DNA of 64,000 nt, taken from positions 1 to 64,000 of IMG/VR virus record IMGVR_UViG_3300027996_000014. The stretch is one strand, 5' to 3'. The position numbers and the translations under genes were made by a program. How positions within the stretch are numbered: position 1 is the first letter of the stretch; each line of letters starts with the position of its first letter. Positions 1 through 9,968 of the stretch are shown in pieces. The notes below the pieces were generated by a model. That model was not told where the DNA came from. It saw only the letters and a list, made by a program, of their open reading frames with translations, and did no database searches. Source of the DNA: a virus.

Positions 1-290
1 GATAAAGGAACGTCTTTTTGAGTATCTACCAAATTGACGCATTCAATACCAAGATCGTTACATAATTTAACCAACCTATTTACAATACCTCTGTTAAATT
101 CGCCTTCGTATAATATTTCTCCGTCAGGCCATAATGGAGAACGTTTACCAGCTGTTTGGTAAACACCGTCAATTATACCTCCATGCCCATTATCAAAAAT
201 CCAAAGATAATTAGACTCTTTATTAGTTGTTGGCTTTACTGTAACATCAAAATTACATTTACAGTTAGGACATTTTACTAACTTACTCAT
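1..290 (-). CDS. N-acetylmuramoyl-L-alanine amidase (Amidase_3-type endolysin), 3' end outside window
   Basis: Manual translation from ATG at 290: MSKLVKCPNC...WIFDNGHGG...GKRSP...YEGEFNRGIV; the DxGHGG and downstream E zinc-ligand motifs of Amidase_3 are present; adjacent to holin-like genes. Confidence 0.85.
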   Translation of the reverse strand, partial: MSKLVKCPNCKCNFDVTVKPTTNKESNYLWIFDNGHGGIIDGVYQTAGKRSPLWPDGEILYEGEFNRGIVNRLVKLCNDLGIECVNLVDTQKDVPL

Positions 291-292
291 CT

Positions 293-487
293 TTATTTAT
301 TTTTAAGAGCCTTAGCAATATGCTCTGTTGCGTTTCCACTTGCGTAAATTCCAAAAACCCACTGCATAAAGCCTATCCACTCGTCAGAACTTGCTTTGTT
401 AAACCAAACAAATACTGTCGCTAATATTGTTAAAATCAACGCAAAAGTTAATTTTCTACCTCCTATAAAATTGTATAATTTATCCAT
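293..487 (-). CDS. putative holin, two hydrophobic segments
   Basis: 64 aa, two TM-like stretches, basic C-terminus, directly upstream of the endolysin. Confidence 0.6.
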   Translation of the reverse strand: MDKLYNFIGGRKLTFALILTILATVFVWFNKASSDEWIGFMQWVFGIYASGNATEHIAKALKNK

Positions 488-489
488 AA

Positions 490-822
490 TTAAATTGTTT
501 TAGTAATAATAGTTACTCTTTTATTTAAACTTTTAATGTCTTTTCCAATAGTTAAAAATTGTTTTTCTGTTGCGTCTTTATTATTATCCATTTCATTTTT
601 AAGGTACTCTATGTTTCTTGCTTGAGTAGTTGCATTTACATCAACCTTGCGATGAATCTCACTAACCTCTTGGCTTAAAGTCATTGCTTCAGGAGTACGA
701 CAATTAACAGCTTTATCAACTTGCTTTAATTTTGTTTTAATATACATGAAAAAACCTAACCCTAAAATTATAGTTGGTAAATCGTATTTCTCTAATAATT
801 CTAAAATTGCGTTTAATTCCAT
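490..822 (-). CDS. membrane protein with coiled coil (lysis-associated?)
   Basis: N-terminal TM segment followed by heptad-rich region; in the lysis cluster. Confidence 0.45.
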   Translation of the reverse strand: MELNAILELLEKYDLPTIILGLGFFMYIKTKLKQVDKAVNCRTPEAMTLSQEVSEIHRKVDVNATTQARNIEYLKNEMDNNKDATEKQFLTIGKDIKSLNKRVTIITKTI

Positions 823-834
823 TTTTTTATTTTT

Positions 835-2592
835 TTAAAATTGATAACCATTTAAAACAAACTCTCTAACTAAAATATTGTTTGGAGTAGAAACCCCACT
901 TGTATTAAACGATTCAAATTCAACGTCAAATACATCTCCAACAACTGCTGATCCTATTACACTAAAACTAAAGTTTTGCGCCCTACCTTGCCTTATTTCA
1001 GGATAACCAATTGCAAAAGGAATAGCCGTACCATTTGAGCGCACTCTACACGCTATAAAACCGTCTCCACTCATTTCAACAGTTCCCGTAATAGATACAA
1101 AGAAATTACCGTTATTTTTATTGTTATAAGTAAAAGAACAATTTGGAACGCTTGTAATAACTCTGTTTGTAACAGGAAAAGTTGGCGTATTTGTGAAAGA
1201 TCCTCCAACATTTGCCTCGTTTAATACTTGTGGGTTTGTAGTTCCTGTATTTAAGTCGTTTAAATTTCCAACTATTGACAAAGTACCTTTAGAGTTAGCG
1301 TTTATTAAACCCTGATTTGCTTGAATAATATAACTGTTTTGTATATCATAATCAAGAATAGAAACTAAACCTGTTGTTAAGCCTATATTAATAAATGTAT
1401 TGCCTGAAATTGTGCCAAACCCTGTTGTACTTGTCGCGCTAATATTTATTCCGTTTTGAGTCTGTTTAGGGTGTAAAATACAACCGCTAATATTAACAGC
1501 TCCGTTTCCGTTTCCTGAGCCGTTAGAAAGTATTTCAACCATTGAAGTAGTTGCGTAACCGCTTGGAGTAGGTATAGTTGACTCATCAAACCAACGTACA
1601 TACTCACAGGAACTTATTTCTAATTTTGATACGTTTCTAAACTGGCAACCAATAGTAGTACTTTTAATATACCAAAAAAGCGTCTGTTGTATGTCAACTA
1701 AATCAAAACCCTCAATATAATGAACATCGAAACAGTTACGAAATTGACAATTTATGATAGTTAGTATTTTTAATCTGCCGTCATTATAAGCTCCATAATT
1801 AAAATTTGTAGCTCTCAAAACAACCTCAGCAGAAGCAGAATTAGTAGAAGAAAGTTTGAGATTTGAAATTTCAAAATTTACATCTGTAACTGTAATAAAA
1901 TCTCCACCTGTGCCTGTATGCTTTAATTCATCTTTGTCCCTGTCCCAACCTAATAAAACTATACCCTCAGTATTTATAACCAGCCTATGGACACAGGAAA
2001 CAATTCCTCTAATAAAATAAGTTGTATTAGTTACTAAAGTAATATTATTGCTACCGTCAGGAGTACCAAAATCAGACTCCTGAGAAACCTCAACCATATT
2101 AGTACTATTAATAGTTGGCGTAAAAACAACGCCACTACTAACAACGCTCAAAGGATCTCCAACCGTTCCGTCACCTGTTAAAGTCGAATCGTGAGCAACT
2201 GAGGTTAAAACGCCTGTCATATCTACAACAACGCCAATAGGGTTTGGATCAAAGTAAAAGCCTGTATTTGTACCTAACCATGTTTCCATAACATCAGCAG
2301 AAACAAAAACAATACCCGTATCAGGGTTTAATGTTTTAGTATAAACAAAAGATTTTTTACCAATTTGTAATTCTTTATTAAATCTATCTACTGAAATACC
2401 TATATTATTTAATGATTCAGTATTTCCTTCATTAATTAATGGAACTGAATTATAAAAAGAAAAATCATCGTTTAAATTTCTTTTCCAACGAACTTGATCT
2501 ATAAAAGTAGAAAAATATTCTTCCCTTGTAGTCGTATCAATTCCTCTAATTGATCGCTTATTAATTATTATTTCAAGTTCATTTGCCATCAA
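835..2592 (-). CDS. tail fibre/spike protein with beta-helix-like central region
   Basis: 585 aa rich in G/N/S/T/I with periodic IxxCxF repeats; within the tail cluster. Confidence 0.6.
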   Translation of the reverse strand: MMANELEIIINKRSIRGIDTTTREEYFSTFIDQVRWKRNLNDDFSFYNSVPLINEGNTESLNNIGISVDRFNKELQIGKKSFVYTKTLNPDTGIVFVSADVMETWLGTNTGFYFDPNPIGVVVDMTGVLTSVAHDSTLTGDGTVGDPLSVVSSGVVFTPTINSTNMVEVSQESDFGTPDGSNNITLVTNTTYFIRGIVSCVHRLVINTEGIVLLGWDRDKDELKHTGTGGDFITVTDVNFEISNLKLSSTNSASAEVVLRATNFNYGAYNDGRLKILTIINCQFRNCFDVHYIEGFDLVDIQQTLFWYIKSTTIGCQFRNVSKLEISSCEYVRWFDESTIPTPSGYATTSMVEILSNGSGNGNGAVNISGCILHPKQTQNGINISATSTTGFGTISGNTFINIGLTTGLVSILDYDIQNSYIIQANQGLINANSKGTLSIVGNLNDLNTGTTNPQVLNEANVGGSFTNTPTFPVTNRVITSVPNCSFTYNNKNNGNFFVSITGTVEMSGDGFIACRVRSNGTAIPFAIGYPEIRQGRAQNFSFSVIGSAVVGDVFDVEFESFNTSGVSTPNNILVREFVLNGYQF

Positions 2593-2601
2593 CTTATTAT
2601 T

Positions 2602-2892
2602 TTAAACGGGCCCACTATTAGCAGATGTAAAAAATGTCATTCCATTTGCTATTTGACCATTTGTTAAAGATACATTTGATGCTGTTGCACCCCATTGAGT
2701 AGAAGCAAAATTATTACCTCCAGAAAAACCTTCTATAATATCTCCACTACTGTTTTTATAGTGTACAAGCTTATCTGCCAATTCATAGAAATAAGTATCA
2801 TTAGCTACTGCTGACCAGTCGGCAGATGTGTCTGTTGTTACCGTATAGTTTACTCCTTGTGCTGGTGTTCCTATTACTGTTGTTATTGCCAT
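2602..2892 (-). CDS. short tail-associated protein, possibly internally deleted
   Basis: 96 aa ORF within the tail cluster. Confidence 0.45.
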   Translation of the reverse strand: MAITTVIGTPAQGVNYTVTTDTSADWSAVANDTYFYELADKLVHYKNSSGDIIEGFSGGNNFASTQWGATASNVSLTNGQIANGMTFFTSANSGPV

Positions 2893-2893
2893 G

Positions 2894-3187
2894 TTATAAT
2901 GTTTGTATATGTATTATAAACTCATCAAATATAACTTTCTGTTCAGCAGTCATATCTGTATAATCTAAAATTATAAAACTTTCTGGTACTGATTCAGTTA
3001 TTGCATAGAACTTTACAAGTCTTGCTAAAGGATCAGTAATGTTTACCGTTAATAAGTCTTGGGTATCTGAAAACTCATTCATAAAAGCATCTACTCCACT
3101 TAAGGGATATATTACTCTTTCATCAGTTTGTTCATTATAGCAAACTATTTGTTGCTCTATAATGTCTATTTTAGTTACGTTTTCCAT
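2894..3187 (-). CDS. hypothetical protein (tail fibre chaperone-like position)
   Basis: Acidic 97 aa ORF coupled to the upstream fibre gene. Confidence 0.5.
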   Translation of the reverse strand: MENVTKIDIIEQQIVCYNEQTDERVIYPLSGVDAFMNEFSDTQDLLTVNITDPLARLVKFYAITESVPESFIILDYTDMTAEQKVIFDEFIIHIQTL

Positions 3188-4467
3188 TATAAAAATATAT
3201 TACCTTGTGAATCTTCTGTTGTTGCTATGGCTTGTGTTAAATTAACATTGAAAGCACCACCACCTTTATAAGTATTACCTCTTGTTGATATTGCTTGAGC
3301 AATATTGGCAGCATATAAATATGGTGCTGATGCGTTTGATAATAAAAATGTGCAATTTAATATAGTTCTAGCTATGTTTCCACCATTCCCTATTATACCA
3401 TAACCAAGAGCATTGTTCCAATCAGCAAATATGATTGAGTTATGCACTTCGCTACTTGGAATACCAGCTAACATTGATGAGTTACTTGTTGATCTTGACA
3501 TAGCATTATATGTTTTACCATTAGCCAAATAAAAACCTTTATTTGATGAACTAATACCAGTGCAATTAAAGGATCTTTGATTTAGTTGATAAAAACCACG
3601 ACCACTGACAGAAATTCCTATACATCCAACAACTGATAAACCATTTGTTAGATTTATACCATCTCCAGAAATTGACCTTCCAACACAATTACTAGCATTG
3701 CCAAGTGCATACAAACCTACTCCAGATGTTGATATTCCAGTGCAATTATCTGCAAATCTACTTACGATTATGCCATAGCCAGAATCAGATATGCCAACAC
3801 AATTTTGTAAATGACCACCAGATATTCCATTTCCAGTTGTAGAATATCCAGTACAATGGCTTATGTTTGCATAAGGTGTAGCACTATAAATTGCACTAGA
3901 AGTTGCTCTTGCTACTGCATGGCTTACTGTATTTCCATTATTAGAATTAAAAGTTATTCCAGTACCTCCACCAGTATTTTTAAATGTAGAACCAGATAAA
4001 TTATTTGTTCCTGAACCGTTAATACCAAATAATAAAGCACAATTATCAAAAGGGTTAGTTCCAACAGCACCAGTTCTTACAACAATTAGATTTAATATAT
4101 CACAAGATGTTGTTACTGAATTTGCTGTTATTAATGCGTGGATTGATGTAGCGTTATCAAGTGTGTATGTATGACCGTTACCATTGATATTTACACCATC
4201 TTTTAAAGTAACGGTAACTGCTCCAGTTTCTACAACATCTGCAAACATTTCAATTGTTTGACCAGCTATAGCTGCAAGCATTGCTAAAGTTAAAGTACTA
4301 TAGTAAGTGTATGTTCCTGTTGCATCTGCTATTCCGAATACACCACTTGCACCTCCACCTCCACCTGCATCAGCTATTGTAGCAAATGGATTAAGTGCTG
4401 TAGGCGCATTAGCATTTATAGCAGCTTGATATTCATTATTTGGTAAAGTTCTTTCTATATTTGACAT
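3187..4467 (-). CDS. tail spike/fibre with parallel beta-helix repeats
   Basis: Tandem ~20-22 aa repeats of the form NCxGxSxSGxG. Confidence 0.65.
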   Translation of the reverse strand: MSNIERTLPNNEYQAAINANAPTALNPFATIADAGGGGGASGVFGIADATGTYTYYSTLTLAMLAAIAGQTIEMFADVVETGAVTVTLKDGVNINGNGHTYTLDNATSIHALITANSVTTSCDILNLIVVRTGAVGTNPFDNCALLFGINGSGTNNLSGSTFKNTGGGTGITFNSNNGNTVSHAVARATSSAIYSATPYANISHCTGYSTTGNGISGGHLQNCVGISDSGYGIIVSRFADNCTGISTSGVGLYALGNASNCVGRSISGDGINLTNGLSVVGCIGISVSGRGFYQLNQRSFNCTGISSSNKGFYLANGKTYNAMSRSTSNSSMLAGIPSSEVHNSIIFADWNNALGYGIIGNGGNIARTILNCTFLLSNASAPYLYAANIAQAISTRGNTYKGGGAFNVNLTQAIATTEDSQGNIFL

Positions 4468-4474
4468 AATATAA

Positions 4475-4789
4475 TTATCTTATTTGATTAATAACTAAAT
4501 CAGTAACTCCTGTTGCATCATACGAAAGTTCATTTAATATATTATCGTTTGCATCAAAGGTAACTGTTTCTCCAGGTTTAAGTATTGCACCTTGTACATT
4601 AACTATATTAATATTACCTGCATTAAAAAAAGATACGTTCGATGCACCTGCCGCAACAGTACCAATAGTATCTGTAACTCTAAGTAAAGAAGCTGTTTTT
4701 AATGTTGTATTTTTTGTTGTAAATAATTCATTATTATCACTAACATTTACTGCAGTTCCGTTTTTATTTATTATTTGAAATTTACTCAT
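4475..4789 (-). CDS. hypothetical virion protein
   Basis: 104 aa ORF in the tail cluster. Confidence 0.5.
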   Translation of the reverse strand: MSKFQIINKNGTAVNVSDNNELFTTKNTTLKTASLLRVTDTIGTVAAGASNVSFFNAGNINIVNVQGAILKPGETVTFDANDNILNELSYDATGVTDLVINQIR

Positions 4790-4814
4790 TATAATTATTT
4801 TTTTTTATTTTATT

Positions 4815-5783
4815 TTAAACGGGTCCCCCGTCAGTTATTGTCCATAGGTCAGTAATCAATCCTGCTTTTGCCGTTGCTGGTGCTCCAGCATTATATTTAG
4901 CATTTCCTGCTGAAAAGGATACACCATTATTGTGTGCTTGTGCTTGCCAACTAACTAATAACAAGTCATAGTTAGCTGTTGAAAACGATGAGCCAAAAAA
5001 CATAGATGCCGCATTTGTTAAACTTGAAATATTCCACGCTGAGATATCTTGGTCAAAAGCACCAGCATATAAAAACATTGAAGCAAAACTTGTTGCGCTT
5101 GAAGTGTCAAGGTTGAGAGGTTGATTAAAAACGGGGCAACCTTGAAACATACCAGACATTTGTGTTACGTTTGAAGTATCAGCCAAAATTATATTAGAAT
5201 TTAAAACAGTATTTGCATAAAACATATTACGCATATCTAAAACGTTTGACATATTTGTAAACTTAATATCACTATTAAATGAACTACAACCTAAAAACAT
5301 TTGATACATAGTTGTAACAGCTGAACAATCAAATGTTAATGGACTGTTAAAACTTGAACAATTTGCAAATGTTAAATACATATTTGTTACTAATGAAGTG
5401 TCAGGACTATCAGTATAAGTTCCAACCATATTAGTACAATTATAAAATGCAAATTGCATATTACCCCATTGATTTGTACCCCAATTATCAATAGATGAAA
5501 GTTTTAATCTGTCCCCAGCACCAGCAAATCTAATTCCATAAAAAGAGCCGTCACAAGAAATCTGATACGTTCCACTTGAAGCGTAAACGTGAGTAAGTTC
5601 GGCTTGATTGTAAGTCGTAATAACGTCAGAATTACCATCTCCCCAATATACAGTCATTGAAGTAGTGCCAACTTGTAAAGGTAATACAAAAGTATCTGAC
5701 GCACTTCCTGCCTGAGTTGTATCTACAGTAAATATAAATTCAGAAGCAGTAGTAGAACCGTATATGTAAGAATTGATAAGCAT
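4815..5783 (-). CDS. receptor-binding protein with PKD-like domain and DUF285/BspA-like ~25-aa repeats
   Basis: VYWGDG PKD-like motif; repeats like DTSxVTxMxxMFxxCxxFN; start reassigned to MLINSYIY at 5783, just past the stop of the upstream gene. Confidence 0.75.
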   Translation of the reverse strand: MLINSYIYGSTTASEFIFTVDTTQAGSASDTFVLPLQVGTTSMTVYWGDGNSDVITTYNQAELTHVYASSGTYQISCDGSFYGIRFAGAGDRLKLSSIDNWGTNQWGNMQFAFYNCTNMVGTYTDSPDTSLVTNMYLTFANCSSFNSPLTFDCSAVTTMYQMFLGCSSFNSDIKFTNMSNVLDMRNMFYANTVLNSNIILADTSNVTQMSGMFQGCPVFNQPLNLDTSSATSFASMFLYAGAFDQDISAWNISSLTNAASMFFGSSFSTANYDLLLVSWQAQAHNNGVSFSAGNAKYNAGAPATAKAGLITDLWTITDGGPV

Positions 5784-5784
5784 A

Positions 5785-6048
5785 TTAATATTTTTGTGAT
5801 GGTGGTTGAAACTTTTCGCTTTGACTTTCAACAGCATCTTTATAATAGTTTTCTCCAGCAATATTATCTAAATAAGTTTCTAATTCGTCCTCTGTTAAGT
5901 ATGAAAGTATATTTGGCTGTCCTGTTACTAATTCGTTTACATCTATAGGTCCAACATAACCAAAAAGGACAAAGCCTGATTCTCCTGGATCATTATCGTA
6001 AACAAGAAACCATCTGTTTACATCGTCTTTATGTATTCCGTGACTCAT
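5785..6048 (-). CDS. hypothetical protein
   Basis: 87 aa ORF coupled to the downstream gene. Confidence 0.55.
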   Translation of the reverse strand: MSHGIHKDDVNRWFLVYDNDPGESGFVLFGYVGPIDVNELVTGQPNILSYLTEDELETYLDNIAGENYYKDAVESQSEKFQPPSQKY

Positions 6049-6069
6049 AATTTTATATTCAATTTCTTT

Positions 6070-6276
6070 TTAAAATAATAAAGGAGTATCAACTGGTACA
6101 AATTCAATCAAAGGTAATTCTTTAACCCAGTCAATACTACATTGTTCAACTTCTTGAAGTGATATTATCCACGTTCCATTTATATCTTGAATAGGGTTAA
6201 AGTAACTGTCAGGTGCGTATAGTTGACCGACTAATTCATCTTTTTGTTCTATGCTTAATTCTGCTACTAATATCAT
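6070..6276 (-). CDS. hypothetical protein (tail accessory)
   Basis: 68 aa ORF overlapping the stop of 6273..7046. Confidence 0.55.
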   Translation of the reverse strand: MILVAELSIEQKDELVGQLYAPDSYFNPIQDINGTWIISLQEVEQCSIDWVKELPLIEFVPVDTPLLF

Positions 6277-7046
6277 ACGTTTCTGCTTAAAGTTGTTTGA
6301 AAATCTTGTACTACTGTTTCAAAGTCATTTGCCTCTGTATCTGTTAACCCTTCACCAATAGTAGCAAAGGCGCATTCTTTTGCTGAAAATTGAGCGGCTG
6401 AGGAATTACTGCCAATTTTCACATAATTAATAGTAGGGGGAATTGCTACACTATTTACGGTTAAATTATCAGTTAATACCCCTTGATGATAATACTTTTC
6501 TACTGTTGAATTAATTCGACTACCGATTAGCATTCCTGTTGTTGGTGTAAATAATGAGCCTCTAATAGTTTGTGATGAGTTGAACGCCTTATACGCACTA
6601 CTTCCATATCTATATAAAAGATACAACGCATCATTACCAATTTCAGTTTGATTGCCAATCGCATCAGTTCTTGAATAAAAAGATAAGTGAGCGTTATTTG
6701 TTGAAAGTATATCGTAAGGATTTAAAAAACTATTCGCCCAAGTATTTGTTCCGTTACCTAATGCGCCAGTACTTGAATGAGTCCAACCACCACTAAAAGT
6801 TAAACGAAAAGCGCCATCAGTATCTAAAGGGTTTTTTAAATTGTATTTATGTGTCGTTGCTGTACCACCTACCATTGGATAAATCGCGTCCATTTTAGCC
6901 CATAAACTATAATTTTTCAAGTCAACAACTAAAGTATTAATAGCTGACATTTGAGTTGGATCTGTTATTCCAGTTGCTGAAATAAATGCGTCCGCGTCAG
7001 GATCTGTGGAGGCAGCACTAGCATATATAAAAGGGTTTATAAGCAT
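6273..7046 (-). CDS. tail tip/receptor-binding protein, possibly lectin/LamG-like
   Basis: 257 aa beta-rich; N-terminal MLINPFIY peptide. Confidence 0.55.
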   Translation of the reverse strand: MLINPFIYASAASTDPDADAFISATGITDPTQMSAINTLVVDLKNYSLWAKMDAIYPMVGGTATTHKYNLKNPLDTDGAFRLTFSGGWTHSSTGALGNGTNTWANSFLNPYDILSTNNAHLSFYSRTDAIGNQTEIGNDALYLLYRYGSSAYKAFNSSQTIRGSLFTPTTGMLIGSRINSTVEKYYHQGVLTDNLTVNSVAIPPTINYVKIGSNSSAAQFSAKECAFATIGEGLTDTEANDFETVVQDFQTTLSRNV

Positions 7047-7048
7047 GC

Positions 7049-7654
7049 TTATGTTCTTATACCATTTAATGTAATTTGTAATCCTGCTTCTGTTCCTCCA
7101 GTTGTAAGAGTTGTAATGTTTGTACTTATTCTATCTCCTTTTGATATAATAGGATTAGCAATAGATGGTTGAGTAGCGGCTGTTAAACTTGTAGCTTCTC
7201 CAGAATCAATAGTTAACTCAGTTAATGCACCACTAAAAATACTAACTCCATTTACTAAGATATCTATATCTGTAATTCCTCCTCCACTACCTACAATAGC
7301 AACCCCTGCAAATACAGAATCTATAGTCATATCATGTGTTGCAAACATACCTCCAATATTATTAGCTACAACTAAAGGTGTTGTTGCATCTGATGAAGCA
7401 TAACTCATTTCAACAGCTACATCAATAAGAGGTACTGGTACTACTCCTAAAGGACTAAGAACTGTTCCAGCTCCTGATAATGTTGCATTTGATGTAACTG
7501 AAGCTAAACCACCAGAATCTAATGGTATTACTCTTCCATTAATATCTTTATAATAAAGTAAATTATCAGTATCATCTTGATAAATTTCTAAACCATTATT
7601 AGTTGCTTTATCAATTTTACTTTTATTTGATCTTCTTACGTTTTTAGTTGACAT
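7049..7654 (-). CDS. tail fibre adaptor protein
   Basis: Carries the hinge motif SVTSNATLSGAGT also seen in 835..2592; beta-rich C-terminal domain. Confidence 0.5.
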   Translation of the reverse strand: MSTKNVRRSNKSKIDKATNNGLEIYQDDTDNLLYYKDINGRVIPLDSGGLASVTSNATLSGAGTVLSPLGVVPVPLIDVAVEMSYASSDATTPLVVANNIGGMFATHDMTIDSVFAGVAIVGSGGGITDIDILVNGVSIFSGALTELTIDSGEATSLTAATQPSIANPIISKGDRISTNITTLTTGGTEAGLQITLNGIRT

Positions 7655-7661
7655 GATTAAT

Positions 7662-8297
7662 TTAATTTAATTTTGTAAGTATATTTTGAATTTCAGTATA
7701 TGTTATAATATTATAATTAGTAGTATTATAATAAATGTCATTAGGATTATAATTATTTAAAACTTGTAATCCGTACATTTCTATTTGTAAATCATTTAAA
7801 CTACAAGTACTTGGAATTCCATAAGATAGATTATTAAAATAAGTCTCAACTTTTTTTGCAAAACTACATTGAAGCTTCCATACTTGTATACGATAACAAT
7901 TTTTTTGTTCTTCTATTTCAGCTTCTACTAATGCGCCTGGACAATCTAACGATACTGTAATAGTGTTGTAAAAATTAGCAATCGGAGTTTTAGTACTGAA
8001 TGTCCAAAATGTTAATGGAACACTTATTTCGTAACCTGGGCAATTTATATTATCTGTAAAATATGCAATATCTGTTTCAACTGCACCAACAATTTTAACC
8101 ATTGTCCATCTTAATTGAACATTGTCCCAAAAAATTATTCTATCTAAAACACCATCATTCCAAAAATATGAACTTTTACCATTTCTAATACCAGTAGAAG
8201 CCATTGTAATATTATAATTAATAAACGGTCCAACGCCTCCAGGAGTACCTGAAGCATTGTATCCATATTTAATATTTATATCACAAGTACAATTCAT
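7662..8297 (-). CDS. virion/tail protein
   Basis: 211 aa ORF in the structural operon. Confidence 0.5.
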   Translation of the reverse strand: MNCTCDINIKYGYNASGTPGGVGPFINYNITMASTGIRNGKSSYFWNDGVLDRIIFWDNVQLRWTMVKIVGAVETDIAYFTDNINCPGYEISVPLTFWTFSTKTPIANFYNTITVSLDCPGALVEAEIEEQKNCYRIQVWKLQCSFAKKVETYFNNLSYGIPSTCSLNDLQIEMYGLQVLNNYNPNDIYYNTTNYNIITYTEIQNILTKLN

Positions 8298-8308
8298 TGT
8301 TTATTTTA

Positions 8309-9955
8309 TTATGATTGTATTTCTGTAATTGCTGCAATTATTTGTGCTTCTGTTACAGTTTGACCTAATGGATAATTACATCCAAAAGGTATAATAATTC
8401 CTCCAAATGTCGATACATCTAATCCATCAAATGTTGCAGGATAAGTTGTATTAGATACTGAAATAACTCTATCGTCTGTATAAGCTGTAATATTTATTTT
8501 AATACTAGCTTTAGTAGTTCCTGTACCTATTGAAGTATTTCCACTACCATCATCTAATGAAATAGTTTCTCCAGTTATATATCCTGTACCTGCAGTAGTT
8601 TGAGTTACTGATATGATTTTACTAGCATCTATAACAACTGTAAATATTTTACCTGCACCTCCACTTATATCAGAAGTTGTAGTAACTCCAGTATGAGTAC
8701 CATCTGTATATCCAAAACCTAAATCTATTATTTCAAAAGTTGTACTTCCTGTAGTATATTGTTGTTTATAATTTTGATGGTTAATAACTTCTTCTCCTGC
8801 ATCTACATTCATTATAGTAGTATGTAATGGAGAATTATAAGTAGCAGGTCCTCCAGAAGCAGAATCCATTGCATCTTTTAAACTACTCATTACTATTTTT
8901 CCACTTGTATATATTTGTATAATAGGTAAAAGGGTACTAAGTATTAAATCTCCTGCAACTGAACCTACTGGCGCAGCTTGAGAAAGAGTACCTTCAACTA
9001 GTCTTAATACTGTTTCCATATGTTCAACTCTATGATTGACAGTAGGTCTTAAATCAGTAGGCATGATAGGAGAATTACTTACTAAACTGCCAACACTAGA
9101 ATTTACAAAAAATCCTCCTTCAGTACCAGTGAATACTTGAGTATTAGCTTTTTGTACAGTAGGATAAACTGATTCATCTACAAGTAATACACTTGGTGCA
9201 GCTGAAGTAGCCATAGGAATTAAAACTCTTCCTTCTATATAAACATGTCTTCCAATTACTCTAATTTTAGGATGTAACCAATTAGTAAATGATGGAAAAC
9301 CATAACCTTTTGCAATAGTATAATCATTCATGTCTATCCATCCACTATCATAAAGATCTGTAGCATTTGTTCCATTAGTTCCATTAGTACCATTAACACC
9401 AGCTGCTCCATTATTTACAAAAGAAACTATACAAGGATCATTATTAGTAAATGATCCATTAGAAGCAACGTGTGTAAGTGTAACATCATATTGATCTCCT
9501 AAATCAGCATTAGCTGTAATTATTCCCATCCAAAATATATTTGAATCAGATTTTTTACTAATTCTTAATAATCCAAAATTTCCAGAATTAGTAAACCCTG
9601 CTAAAAAAGCATTAAAATTTGTAGCATCTGCATTTGTTTCATTAATAATTATACCAGTTACAGCAGAAAGAGTAGCATTATTAAATCTAAAATCTCCTGC
9701 TGCTGTAACAGGAGTGGGAGTAGTACCATTATCAAATAACCATTCACTAGAATATCCTCCATATACACCGTTTATACCATTTCCTAATACAAAGGTTTGA
9801 GTAGTAGCATTAGTATAAGTTATAGTATATGTATCAGTAGTATTAGCAGTTCCTTGAGGAGAACCTCCAGAATTACTAGTCCAAAGAATACTTACTATAC
9901 CATTACCATCTTCTCCGCTAAATAGAGTTAGTGTATCACAACATTCATTTCCCAT
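8309..9955 (-). CDS. tail fibre protein
   Basis: GEDGNGIVSI...DTYTITYTN fibre motif and collagen-like GVNGTNGTNGTN. Confidence 0.7.
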   Translation of the reverse strand: MGNECCDTLTLFSGEDGNGIVSILWTSNSGGSPQGTANTTDTYTITYTNATTQTFVLGNGINGVYGGYSSEWLFDNGTTPTPVTAAGDFRFNNATLSAVTGIIINETNADATNFNAFLAGFTNSGNFGLLRISKKSDSNIFWMGIITANADLGDQYDVTLTHVASNGSFTNNDPCIVSFVNNGAAGVNGTNGTNGTNATDLYDSGWIDMNDYTIAKGYGFPSFTNWLHPKIRVIGRHVYIEGRVLIPMATSAAPSVLLVDESVYPTVQKANTQVFTGTEGGFFVNSSVGSLVSNSPIMPTDLRPTVNHRVEHMETVLRLVEGTLSQAAPVGSVAGDLILSTLLPIIQIYTSGKIVMSSLKDAMDSASGGPATYNSPLHTTIMNVDAGEEVINHQNYKQQYTTGSTTFEIIDLGFGYTDGTHTGVTTTSDISGGAGKIFTVVIDASKIISVTQTTAGTGYITGETISLDDGSGNTSIGTGTTKASIKINITAYTDDRVISVSNTTYPATFDGLDVSTFGGIIIPFGCNYPLGQTVTEAQIIAAITEIQS

Positions 9956-9968
9956 TGTTTCTTAATTT

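Noticed and set aside
835-9955. Diversity-generating retroelement acting on tail genes
   Set aside because: No reverse transcriptase in the window and no template/variable repeat pair with adenine-specific mismatches noticed
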